Positions 20,231-29,171 of a DNA stretch of 64,000 nucleotides are shown here, in pieces (the stretch's first letter is position 1; every line of letters begins with the position of its first letter). The notes below the pieces were generated by a model. It did not search any database. It was given only the letters and a program-made list of their open reading frames with translations, and was not told the origin of the DNA. The DNA comes from Bacteroidota bacterium. GTDB lineage: Bacteria > Bacteroidota > Bacteroidia > B-17B0 > Aurantibacillaceae. The translations under genes were made by a program, and so were the position numbers. The DNA lies in the NCBI GenBank assembly GCA_963169355.1, contig CAUJCR010000007.1:31637-95636 (forward strand), given 5' to 3'.

Positions 20231-20288
20231 CTCTCTCGCCCTTTTTTGGAAAATACGATGTGTAGATATATTTGGGTATATGTGTTTG
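20231..20288 (-). pseudogene. 5' remnant (about 19 codons, start codon lost) of a second RAYT/IS200-like transposase copy
   Basis: gaaaatacgatgtgtagatatatttgggtatatgtgtttg at about 20249-20288 is identical to 21067-21106, the N-terminal coding sequence NTYTQIYLHIVFS of the intact copy. Confidence 0.8.
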
Positions 20289-20645
20289 TTTTATTATGAT
20301 ATCGCCCCTACGGGGCTTGGGTTGTATGTGATATTTTATTTTGCCCCTACGGGTTTATTATGATATCGCCCCTACGGGGTTTTGGTTGTATGTGATTTTC
20401 TATTATTATTATTTTTCCTCTACGGGTTTATTATGATATTGCCCCTACGGGGCTTGGGTTGTATGTGATATTTTATTTTGCTCCTACGGGTTTATTATGA
20501 TATCGCCCCTACGGGGTTTTGGTTGTATGTGAATTTTTATTATTATTTTGCCCCTACGGGGCATTTTTATATGCACTTGCTCCATAGGAGCAACATCATA
20601 ATAGAATATTATAATATCAATATCATAATAGCACCGTGGGTGCGA
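20288..20645. repeat. REP-like hairpin array: about 4 tandem units (64/73/64/72 bp, i.e. a 137-bp super-unit x2) plus two further hairpins
   Basis: Palindromes GCCCCTACGGGGC or variants lie at 20304, 20343, 20368, 20417, 20441, 20480, 20505 and 20550. GCTCCATAGGAGC is at 20579 and GCACCGTGGGTGC at 20631. The unit tttattatgatatcgcccctacgggg recurs at about 20290, 20354, 20427 and 20491. Confidence 0.85.
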
Positions 20646-20647
20646 TA

Positions 20648-21109
20648 TTATTCAATCCATTCAAATTGATATTTTTCATCGTATTCAATATTAAATTTTT
20701 GCAGAAGGTTCAAATATTCATCTTTAAATGTTTTCTTTTGATGGTGTTGTTCTTGATTATTTATATAAGCAATTACAGTATCTAATTGTGATTGAGCGTA
20801 AGAAAATGCACCAAATCCTTCTTGCCATTGAAATTTACCAATTACATATCCTTTCTCATTTATCCATTTTGATGAATTAGCCTTAATGTCTCTGACTAAA
20901 TCTGAAACGGAAATGTTTGGTTTTATGCTAACAAGAATATGTATATGGTCTGACACTCCTCCGATGGCATAAACTTTTTGTTCTTTTCCATTTACAATCC
21001 CACAGATGTATTTGTGTAATTCGTCCATCCATCTTTTTTGAATTAAATTTTCTCGCCTTTTTACAGAAAATACGATGTGTAGATATATTTGGGTATATGT
21101 GTTTGCCAT
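20648..21109 (-). mobile_element. REP-associated tyrosine transposase (RAYT, IS200/IS605 Y1 TnpA-like), 153 aa, apparently intact
   Basis: HUH motif in SDHIHILVS and a C-terminal catalytic-Tyr helix VIAYINNQEQHHQKK. The single gene has no tnpB and is flanked by REP-like hairpins. Confidence 0.85.
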
Positions 21110-21129
21110 TGTTTAATTATAATTTTGAT

Positions 21130-21285
21130 TTTATATCATCCCTACAGGATTTTTTTTTGTGTATTTTGTTTTTTTATTATGATTTTACCCCTCTGGGGTT
21201 TACAATTTGCACTTGCTCCGTAGGAGCAACATCATAATAGAACAAAATAATTTCAATATCATCATAATAGCACCAGAGGTGCGAT
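21130..21285. repeat. REP-like hairpin cluster upstream of the RAYT gene, same orientation and order as the 20288-20645 array
   Basis: ATCCctacaGGAT at 21137, CCCCtctGGGG at 21188, GCTCCGTAGGAGC at 21215-21227, GCACCAGAGGTGC at 21270-21282. The block gcacttgctcc(r)taggagcaacatcataatagaa is shared with 20573-20605. Confidence 0.8.
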
Positions 21286-21390
21286 ATTTTTATTATCCAT
21301 TTCTCTCCGCAATTTTTATTTTCACATTTGTTTTATTTTTTTGTGGCGTTTGTGAATTACATTTTACAAATCTATCTATTTATTTGAATT

Positions 21391-22461
21391 TTATAATAAT
21401 AGCGATTTTTCTTCTTTCCATACTGCGGTGTCTGGATGAAATTCTTTCCAACCAAACCACCAATGATTTTGAAATTTTAGTTGTTCGTTAGTTGTTTTGT
21501 TTCTCCCTTCAATTTGATTAGTGTTGGGATTGTATTTGATAACAATGTTAGCACCGCCCAAGTTGTCAGTAATTTCAGTTATTTTTTTTAATTCCGAAAT
21601 AGGGTATGCTTTGCTTTGCCCGTTGAGTTGTAAGCCCCAAATTTTTTCTCTAAGCGGTAAACCTGTCAAGTTTGTTTTCCCTGGAGCCACATACTTGCCT
21701 GTTACTTTTTTCAGAGCTTTTAATAATAGTTTTTTAGGAAAAAAGCTTTTGCGAATATTGTCACTTTCTTTTGCTATATAGGTGTTTGGATTTTGTTTTA
21801 TCCAATCTATCAATGTTGTTTGTTGGTAGCAATAAAATTCAAGTTGCATTCCTTTCAGTTTCCCAAACACAGCTATGCCTGTACCTTGTTGCCAAATTGT
21901 TCCTGTCTGTAAGTCACGAATAATCATATTTCGTCTATGAACCCCAACAACATCAAAAATCAAACGTTGTCCATTAATAATAGGGTTGAAAAGCATTATG
22001 CTACGGCAACCAGCACAATAAGTAACAAGTAATGGGTTGCCGTTAAAAGTGTCGTTCAAAATATGACGTGGCATAATTATTTCGTCAATAGGATAACAAA
22101 TAGAATATCCATTGTCATCTGTGTAACCAACCACTTCGGTGTTCTCAGAATAAATACGGTCTTTTTGTTTTATGATTTGTTTATCGTCAAGTGCAATAAA
22201 TACGTTTGGGTTTGCATTAAATAGCGAAAAAAACCAAAAGAAAGCGAAAGGAACACCAACTGAAAATAAAGTTAAAAGTGTGGGGGCTGTATTGATGAAA
22301 AATAAAAATGTTGCTAATGCTAAAATTCGGGAAATCCAACGTTTTACTGGGTAGTTATGCGACCAACTATATCCAAGTACCAAAAAAAATGTCGGCAGTT
22401 GTAAATAAAAAGCACTTACAACACTTAATGTCAAACTTAATATTCCGAAAATTACATTCAT
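21391..22461 (-). CDS. DUF3179 domain-containing membrane-anchored protein
   Basis: Three N-terminal hydrophobic helices, then a PLLVTYCAGCRS motif and a W/G-rich beta region typical of DUF3179. Confidence 0.7.
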   Translation of the reverse strand: MNVIFGILSLTLSVVSAFYLQLPTFFLVLGYSWSHNYPVKRWISRILALATFLFFINTAPTLLTLFSVGVPFAFFWFFSLFNANPNVFIALDDKQIIKQKDRIYSENTEVVGYTDDNGYSICYPIDEIIMPRHILNDTFNGNPLLVTYCAGCRSIMLFNPIINGQRLIFDVVGVHRRNMIIRDLQTGTIWQQGTGIAVFGKLKGMQLEFYCYQQTTLIDWIKQNPNTYIAKESDNIRKSFFPKKLLLKALKKVTGKYVAPGKTNLTGLPLREKIWGLQLNGQSKAYPISELKKITEITDNLGGANIVIKYNPNTNQIEGRNKTTNEQLKFQNHWWFGWKEFHPDTAVWKEEKSLLL

Positions 22462-22597
22462 TATCGGTTTTTATTAAAATGTACTGTAACACCAGCCCAT
22501 GAAAAAAAACTCACTATCCTTAACACAAGCTGTTTGTTATTTATGAAATAAAAGTACAAATAAAAAATAAAAAGAGCTAAAGGCTTCATTCAAAACA

Positions 22598-22630
22598 GGA
22601 TTAAATCGAAACAAAGTTTCGTTTAATCCC
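22598..22630 (-). terminator. Hairpin terminator downstream of the 109-aa lipoprotein gene
   Basis: ggattaaa(t)cgaaac-aaa-gtttcgtttaatcc. On the minus strand it is followed by a T-rich tract. Confidence 0.55.
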
Positions 22631-22662
22631 TATATGTTATAAGCTTTTACCGCCACTCAGTT

Positions 22663-22992
22663 TTATTCAGCATAACGGTCTTTCCAATATTGTTTATCTT
22701 TGCGCCTTAGTTTATTGCATTGTTTACAATAATATTTTATTGCAAAATACTTTCTTGGTGGTCTTACCACACAACCCATACATTTTATATTTTTAGCATT
22801 TTTATACTGAGGTCTAACTCTTGATGTACAATAATTTCCGTAAGTAACTCTAACAAAAGCCTTATTCATTCTTTCGTTGTGTATTTCGCAGGTATTAGTG
22901 TCTGCATGTTTTGTTGAATTATACAATATGCATGATTGGAAAAGAGTCACACAGGTCAACAAGAGGAAGATATTTATAGTTAAAATTTTCAA
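22663..22992 (-). CDS. Small Cys-rich, basic putative lipoprotein (109 aa)
   Basis: Lipobox-like LFQSC after a hydrophobic N-terminus. CMGC-x17-CKQC is a zinc-ribbon-like pair. No recognisable family. Confidence 0.55.
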   Translation of the reverse strand: MKILTINIFLLLTCVTLFQSCILYNSTKHADTNTCEIHNERMNKAFVRVTYGNYCTSRVRPQYKNAKNIKCMGCVVRPPRKYFAIKYYCKQCNKLRRKDKQYWKDRYAE

Positions 22993-23307
22993 GTCAACGT
23001 TTTGTTTGTCGAATTATAGTTGTCCGTAGCAATTATATGCGCACTTTTATTCGCTTAAACAACACACATCTGTTGTATATTCGCTATTCCGTTGCGCTTA
23101 TTTTATATCCTCAAATATACATATCCATTACAAAAAAATCAAACGGATAGATAATATCTTATGTTTTTTAGTGCCCTACTCAGCCGTCATTTGTCATGTT
23201 TGGTATTGCTTAATTCTAATAAAAAAAATATAGCAATAATTGAAAATATTTAGCGCTCAGTATTTCATTTCTCGTAATATTAGCTGTACATTAGTGTTAT
23301 AAATTAC

Positions 23308-23760
23308 ATGTTACCCCGAGTGTCGAAAATAAAAATGATAGGGCGAAGAGAGTGGATTGATTTTCCATTACTAGATTCATTTAAAATTGATGCGAAAATT
23401 GATACAGGTGCTTATTCATGCACCTTAAGTTGTAAACATATAGAGTTGATACAAAAAGATAATCAATTGCTGTTATCGTTTACGTTATTTAATGATAAAC
23501 AATTTTATACAACGGAATTTGATAAAAAGAAAATTAAAAATTCATTTGGCGAAATAGAAGAACGCTTTGTGATTAAAACATTAATTGTTTTAGGTAGAAA
23601 AAAAATCCGCACTACGGTATCATTAACCAATCGGCAAGAGATGCGCTATCCTGTGTTAATAGGTCGAAAATTGTTGAGAGGAAAATTTATTGTAGATGTA
23701 AAACAAAAATATACCAATGGTATAAAGTTAAATGATTACATAACCTACTTATTAACGTAA
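23308..23760 (+). CDS. RimK-associated retropepsin-like protease (DUF785, so-called ATP-dependent zinc protease); true start may be ATG 23335
   Basis: IGRREWIDFP...IDAKIDTGAYSCTL...YPVLIGRKLL is characteristic of DUF785. It lies immediately upstream of rimK. Confidence 0.75.
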   Translation: MLPRVSKIKMIGRREWIDFPLLDSFKIDAKIDTGAYSCTLSCKHIELIQKDNQLLLSFTLFNDKQFYTTEFDKKKIKNSFGEIEERFVIKTLIVLGRKKIRTTVSLTNRQEMRYPVLIGRKLLRGKFIVDVKQKYTNGIKLNDYITYLLT

Positions 23761-23782
23761 CTAATTTTAAATAGTTTCTTTC

Positions 23783-24679
23783 ATGAAAATTGTTATATTA
23801 TCTCGTAATAAAAAATTGTATTCTACTAAACGCTTGGTAGAAGCGGCCGAGCAACGCGGACACGAAGTGTTAGTTTTAGACCACATGAAATGTGTGTTAC
23901 TCATTGAGCAAGGTCGACCACATATTTATTATAATGGAAAAGAGGTAACAGATGTGAATGCAGTTATTCCTCGTATTGGTGCAAGCGCCACCTTTTATGG
24001 TACAGCCGTTGTTCGTCAGTTCGAAATGATGAAAATTTTTACGGCTGTTGAGTCGCAGGCTTTAGTGCGTTCGCGAGATAAATTAAGAAGTTTACAAATT
24101 TTATCGCGTGCAGGAATTGGAATTCCAAAAACGGCATTTGCACACTCACCAAAAGATAAGGATATCAGTAGTCTTATTGATAGTATTGGAGGGGCACCAT
24201 GCGTTATTAAATTATTAGAAGGCACACAAGGTATTGGCGTTATTTTAGCCGAAAATCATAAGGCTGCCAAATCAGTGGTGGAGGCATTCTTAAAATTAGA
24301 AGCTAATATGTTGGTACAGGAATTTATAAAAGAAGCCAATGGGGCAGATGTGAGGGTGTTTGTGGTGGATGGGCAGGTGGTAGGAGCTATGAAACGCCAA
24401 GCTAAAGAAGGAGAGTTTAGAAGCAATTTGCATCGTGGTGGCACAGCTACACTTATTCAGTTAACACCCGAGGAGCGCTCTACAGCTTTAAAGGCTTGTA
24501 AAAAATTGGGCTTAGCTATTGCGGGTGTAGATTTATTACAAAGTAGCAGAGGCCCATTAGTAATGGAAGTAAATGCTTCTCCAGGTTTAGAAGGCATAGA
24601 GGCTGCTACTGGAATAGATATTGCCAGTAAAATAATAGAGTACGTAGAACGTAATGAATTTAATGCGCCAGGGCAGTAG
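23783..24679 (+). CDS. rimK: Ribosomal protein S6 / alpha-L-glutamate ligase RimK (ATP-grasp)
   Basis: MKIVILSRN...STKRL N-terminus, ATP-grasp core [13 protein letters not shown]...[31 protein letters not shown]. Confidence 0.9.
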   Translation: MKIVILSRNKKLYSTKRLVEAAEQRGHEVLVLDHMKCVLLIEQGRPHIYYNGKEVTDVNAVIPRIGASATFYGTAVVRQFEMMKIFTAVESQALVRSRDKLRSLQILSRAGIGIPKTAFAHSPKDKDISSLIDSIGGAPCVIKLLEGTQGIGVILAENHKAAKSVVEAFLKLEANMLVQEFIKEANGADVRVFVVDGQVVGAMKRQAKEGEFRSNLHRGGTATLIQLTPEERSTALKACKKLGLAIAGVDLLQSSRGPLVMEVNASPGLEGIEAATGIDIASKIIEYVERNEFNAPGQ

Positions 24680-24685
24680 GCTGAT

Positions 24686-26131
24686 TTATTGCTTAGGTAT
24701 TCTTTTTAAAGTTTCTAATAAAAATCCCCAAAATTTTTGTACTGAACTTATTTGCACACGCTCGTCTGGTGAGTGAGCGCCTGTAATGTTTGGTCCAAAC
24801 GAAATCATCTGCATTTGAGGATAATTAGTTCCTAATATACCACATTCTAGCCCCGCATGACAAGCGCTTACACTTGCTTCGGCTTTAAATAATTCTTTAT
24901 ATAACTCACTCATTAAGTTTACAATGGTTGATGATGGTTTAGGTGTCCAACCTGGGTATGCACCACTTGCTGTAACCTTTGCACCTAATAATTCAAAAGC
25001 AGAGGTTATGGCTAATTGTAAATCTTTTTTCTCAGTATCAACCGAGCTGCGTGTTAAGCATTGAAATTGATAGTTACCGTCTTTTACAATTACTCGCGCT
25101 AAGTTATTAGAAGTTTGTACTAAACCTTCAATATCGGGGCTCATGCGGTAAATGCCTACTGGGCAAGCATAAAGGCTGTATAATAATTGTTTTTGAAATT
25201 GAGTTTCAAGTACTATTGTTGGTAATTCACAGTTTTCTAAACTTACCATAAGATTCGGATCGGTAGTTTGATATTCAGCTTTTAGCACCTGTTCAAGTGC
25301 CTTTACTTCTTTTTCTAATTTTGCTTTATCTGTAACACACACCACCGCTACCGATTCGCGAGGAATAGCATTTCGTAAACTACCGCCATCAATACTTGCT
25401 ATTTCAATATACGATTGTAGTTGAAAAAGTAAGCGGTTCATTAATTTGTTGGCATTCGCTCTTCCACGATGTATGTCCATACCCGAATGACCACCAGTTA
25501 ATCCTTTTACGGTAATTTTAACAGCTTGCGCGTGTGTTGGTTTGTTACTTTGGTAAGTGCCTACTGCGGTAACATCTACGCCGCCAGCGCATCCAATAGT
25601 TAATTCATGATCCGCTTCTGTATCTAGGTTTAATAAAATACTACCACTTAATACACCACCTTTTAATGCTAAAGCACCAGTCATGCCAGTTTCTTCATCT
25701 ATTGTAAATAAGGCTTCAATAGCAGGATGTGGAATATCTTTAGATTCTAAAATAGCCATAATACTAGCTACTCCAATACCGTTATCAGCACCTAAAGTTG
25801 TACCATTGGCTTTTACCCAATCACCATCAACCAACATTTCTATGCCTTGTGTATCAAAATCAAACGGAGTGGCTGCATTTTTTTGATGTACCATATCTAA
25901 ATGACTTTGAAGCACAACCGTTATTTTATCTTCCATGCCTTTAGTGGCTGGTTTTTTAATAATTACATTTCCAGCTTCATCTACTATGGTTGGTAAACCT
26001 AATTTTTCGCCATAAGCTTTCATAAATGCAATAACACGTTCTTCTTTTTTTGAAGGGCGCGGCACAGCATTCAAATCTGAGAAATGATTCCAAAGTGCTT
26101 TAGGTTCGAGTTGGCGTATAGAGTCGTTCAT
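24686..26131 (-). CDS. pepD: Aminoacyl-histidine (Xaa-His) dipeptidase, M20C family
   Basis: LEPKALWNHFSDLNAVPRPSKKE N-terminus, LQSHLDMV, GADNGIGVA, TIDEETGMTGA, and a length of 481 aa. Confidence 0.85.
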   Translation of the reverse strand: MNDSIRQLEPKALWNHFSDLNAVPRPSKKEERVIAFMKAYGEKLGLPTIVDEAGNVIIKKPATKGMEDKITVVLQSHLDMVHQKNAATPFDFDTQGIEMLVDGDWVKANGTTLGADNGIGVASIMAILESKDIPHPAIEALFTIDEETGMTGALALKGGVLSGSILLNLDTEADHELTIGCAGGVDVTAVGTYQSNKPTHAQAVKITVKGLTGGHSGMDIHRGRANANKLMNRLLFQLQSYIEIASIDGGSLRNAIPRESVAVVCVTDKAKLEKEVKALEQVLKAEYQTTDPNLMVSLENCELPTIVLETQFQKQLLYSLYACPVGIYRMSPDIEGLVQTSNNLARVIVKDGNYQFQCLTRSSVDTEKKDLQLAITSAFELLGAKVTASGAYPGWTPKPSSTIVNLMSELYKELFKAEASVSACHAGLECGILGTNYPQMQMISFGPNITGAHSPDERVQISSVQKFWGFLLETLKRIPKQ

Positions 26132-26142
26132 GTTACAATGTT

Positions 26143-27441
26143 TTATTGATTGTTTTTAATCCAGTTTATTAAATCTTTTCCAATATCATTTCTATAATAT
26201 TTACCGTCGTATTGAATTTGCTTAGCTAATTCAAAACTTCTGGAGGTGGCTTCTTCTATGTTTTTACCAAATGAAGTTAAGGCAAATACACGTCCGCCAT
26301 TGGTTACTACATCATCATTTTTTAAAGTGGTTCCTGAGTGAAAAATGTGTTGGTGCAAAGGCGTGTTGGATAAACCCGAAATGACTTTTCCTTTTTCATA
26401 ATCTTCTGGGTAACCCCCCGAAACCAGAACAACCGTTGTGGCTGTATCGTTTACAGTTTTATATTGTTTGTTGTGCAAAGTTTGTGTAGCTACGCCTTGT
26501 AATAAATCTAATAAATCCGATTCAATGCGCGGGATAACAACTTCCGTTTCTGGATCGCCCATTCGGCAATTATATTCAATCACTTTAGGTTCGCCATCAC
26601 AGTTCATTAATCCTATAAAAATAAACCCTCTATAATCAATTCCCTCTTTTACTAATCCATTTATGGTTGGTTTCACAATTTGTTCTTCTACTTTTTTTAA
26701 GAAAGCATCGTTAGCAAATGGAACTGGACTAACTGCTCCCATGCCTCCGGTGTTCAATCCAGTATCGCCTACACCAATACGTTTGTAATCTTTTGCAGCT
26801 GGTAAAAGTTTGTACGATTTTCCGTCAGTTAAAACAAAAACAGATAATTCAATTCCATCTAAAAACTCTTCAATAACCACGGTATTTCCAGCGTTACCAA
26901 ATTTCGAATTTAAAATCATATTTTTTAATTCTTGTTTGGCTTCTTCAATATCATTAATAATCAATACGCCTTTTCCTGCGGCTAAGCCATCTGCTTTTAA
27001 TACATAAGGTGGTTTTAAACTTTCTAAGAAACTAGCCCCTTCATCAATATTTTGTTTTGTGAAACTTTTATAACGAGCGGTAGGCACACCATGCTTCATC
27101 ATAAATTGTTTACTAAAATCTTTACTGCCTTCTAATTGTGCACCGTCTTTTTTAGGTCCTATTACAGCTACATCTTTTAATACATCGTCTTTCAAAAAAT
27201 AATCGTGTATGCCTTTTACTAATGGATCTTCGGGACCAACTACTACCATGTCAATATTTTTTTCCCAAACAATATTTTTAATAGCATCAAAATCGGTAAC
27301 AGATACAGGAAGATTGGTACCACATTGAGCTGTGCCAGCATTGCCTGGTGCTATGTATAAGTTTTCGAGTTGTTTGCTTTGTGCTATTTTCCATGCAAAG
27401 GCATGTTCTCTACCTCCCGAGCCTAATATTAAAACGTTCAT
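26143..27441 (-). CDS. purD: Phosphoribosylamine-glycine ligase
   Basis: MNVLILGSGGREHAFAWK, LKADGLAAGKGV, NTGGMGA, VIEYNCRMGDPE. Confidence 0.95.
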   Translation of the reverse strand: MNVLILGSGGREHAFAWKIAQSKQLENLYIAPGNAGTAQCGTNLPVSVTDFDAIKNIVWEKNIDMVVVGPEDPLVKGIHDYFLKDDVLKDVAVIGPKKDGAQLEGSKDFSKQFMMKHGVPTARYKSFTKQNIDEGASFLESLKPPYVLKADGLAAGKGVLIINDIEEAKQELKNMILNSKFGNAGNTVVIEEFLDGIELSVFVLTDGKSYKLLPAAKDYKRIGVGDTGLNTGGMGAVSPVPFANDAFLKKVEEQIVKPTINGLVKEGIDYRGFIFIGLMNCDGEPKVIEYNCRMGDPETEVVIPRIESDLLDLLQGVATQTLHNKQYKTVNDTATTVVLVSGGYPEDYEKGKVISGLSNTPLHQHIFHSGTTLKNDDVVTNGGRVFALTSFGKNIEEATSRSFELAKQIQYDGKYYRNDIGKDLINWIKNNQ

Positions 27442-27483
27442 AAATATAAAATTGCGATAAGATTAAAATAAAGTGTAAAAATA

Positions 27484-27514
27484 AAAAATCCCACTGTATT
27501 AGGTGGGATTTTTG
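27484..27514 (-). terminator. Intrinsic terminator (symmetrical, A-run/T-run on both sides) between the basic-protein gene and purD
   Basis: aaaaaATCCCACctgtattaGGTGGGATtttt. Confidence 0.75.
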
Positions 27515-27536
27515 TGAGTTATCTTTTATTAATTGA

Positions 27537-27947
27537 TTAATGTCTCTTTTTTGAAAATGTCTTATTACCTCTTACTCTATGCAAACTACGTTGTCTGTTT
27601 TGTTGAGCTAATATGCCGTCTGTTAAGCGTTTACCTTTCGTACGATTACGCTTAAATAAGTGCGGTTGTTCTTTCTTTTGAACTCTGCCAGGTCTAGTAG
27701 GGCGATAAGTCCACGAGCCATTGCTTTTGTTGCCTTTAAAAACTCTAGCTATAAAGCCTCTTCGATGACTACCCTTTGCAAAAGCATTGGCATTTCCTCT
27801 TGATTTCCCTCCAAATAACTTCTTCCCACCAGCTCTTTGGTTACGATGTTCTTTCTTTCGACCACCTCTCACCTGTGCTAACATTGGGGTTGTGTAGCCA
27901 ATGGCAAATAACAATAAAAATAAAGTGATAAGTTTAGTTAATTTCAT
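27537..27947 (-). CDS. Secreted, extremely basic low-complexity protein (136 aa)
   Basis: Signal peptide LFLLLFAIGYTTPMLAQ, then about 35% Arg/Lys with G/N/Q and almost no acidic residues. Confidence 0.6.
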   Translation of the reverse strand: MKLTKLITLFLLLFAIGYTTPMLAQVRGGRKKEHRNQRAGGKKLFGGKSRGNANAFAKGSHRRGFIARVFKGNKSNGSWTYRPTRPGRVQKKEQPHLFKRNRTKGKRLTDGILAQQNRQRSLHRVRGNKTFSKKRH

Positions 27948-28130
27948 TATTACAATATTATATAAAAAAAATCATAAAAAGGCATGATTTCCATCTTATT
28001 TTTGATAAAAATCGAATAAGATTTTAACAATAAAGTATGAATAAGTTGTCTTTACAAAAATAATCCAAATTTCACGTTTCCTGATAGACTTCATTTTTTA
28101 GTTAAATTTTTTGTTTTACTTTAGAGGCTC

Positions 28131-29171
28131 ATGACGGCTCCTTCTCTTTCAGTTGCGGATTTTATACAAGCAAGTCGGCATCAATTAATTATTGATGTTC
28201 GTGCACCTATTGAATTTTTTAAAGGGCATATTCCTCATGCGATAAATATTCCTTTGTTTGATGACTTAGAAAGAGCCGAAGTGGGTACCATATTTAAACA
28301 AAAAGGAAAAGAGGTAGCGATATCAAGAGGAAAAGAAATTGTGTCGCCTAAAATCGAAAAATTTATTGAACAGGTTAATCAATTATCAAAAAACAAGCAG
28401 GTATTTGTATATTGTTTTAGAGGTGGCATGAGAAGTAATAGTTTTGCTTGGCTTTTAAATAGTGTGGGTTTACAAGCTGTTGTTTTAAATGGCGGCTACA
28501 AAGCTTTTAGGAATTATGTTTTAAATTATTTTAATCAGTCGTTTCCTTTGGTGTTGTTGGGCGGAAAAACAGGTTGCGGGAAAACAGATATACTTAAACA
28601 ATTAGCGCAGCAACACATCCAAACAGTAGATTTAGAATGTCACGCTCATCATAAAGGCTCTGCATTTGGTACTATCAATCAAAAAGCACAAAATCCGCAA
28701 CAAGTATTTGAACACCATGTGTTTTGGCAAATGTATTGGTTAAAACAAACCGAGCCTACACTTATTGAAGATGAATCTCAAACTATTGGTTTTAATAAAA
28801 TACCATTTGGTTTATGGCAAAACATGAAAGCAGCACCAATTATAAAAATAGAAGTACCATTTGAAGCCCGAGTTCATAAATTGGTAGAGGAATATGGAAA
28901 TGTAGAGCCTGAGGTTTTAAAAAAATCAGTTTTAAAGATAAGTCAGCAACTTGGAACACTTAATACCAAAAAGTGTTTAGAATGGATAGATAATGATTGT
29001 TTGCACGATGTTGCAAAAATGGCATTAACTTATTACGACAAAACTTACGAATTTAATTATCATAAAAAACAACAAAAGATGATTGCTTTACATTGCGATG
29101 ATACAAACGCTGTAACGAACGCACAAAAGGTAAAGCAAATTTTTCAAACACTTAGTCATCATGTCGGTTAA
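28131..29171 (+). CDS. selU: tRNA 2-selenouridine synthase
   Basis: Rhodanese domain with active-site loop YCFRGGMRS, plus P-loop GGKTGCGKT. Adjacent to and overlapping selD. Confidence 0.85.
   Translation: MTAPSLSVADFIQASRHQLIIDVRAPIEFFKGHIPHAINIPLFDDLERAEVGTIFKQKGKEVAISRGKEIVSPKIEKFIEQVNQLSKNKQVFVYCFRGGMRSNSFAWLLNSVGLQAVVLNGGYKAFRNYVLNYFNQSFPLVLLGGKTGCGKTDILKQLAQQHIQTVDLECHAHHKGSAFGTINQKAQNPQQVFEHHVFWQMYWLKQTEPTLIEDESQTIGFNKIPFGLWQNMKAAPIIKIEVPFEARVHKLVEEYGNVEPEVLKKSVLKISQQLGTLNTKKCLEWIDNDCLHDVAKMALTYYDKTYEFNYHKKQQKMIALHCDDTNAVTNAQKVKQIFQTLSHHVG

Noticed and set aside
20288-20562. Regularly spaced short palindromic repeats that superficially resemble a CRISPR array
   Set aside because: The inter-repeat segments are themselves repeated (an alternating 64/73-bp A/B unit), the palindromes are only 11-13 bp, and no cas genes or leader are present. 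An adjacent RAYT transposase explains them as REP elements.
20478-21491. ORF-track proteins 20478-20669 (+) and 21207-21491 (+)
   Set aside because: Their translations (YYDIAPTGFW..., HLLRRSNIIIE...) are read-throughs of REP hairpins and AT-rich spacer. They overlap the RAYT and DUF3179 genes and have no coding signature.
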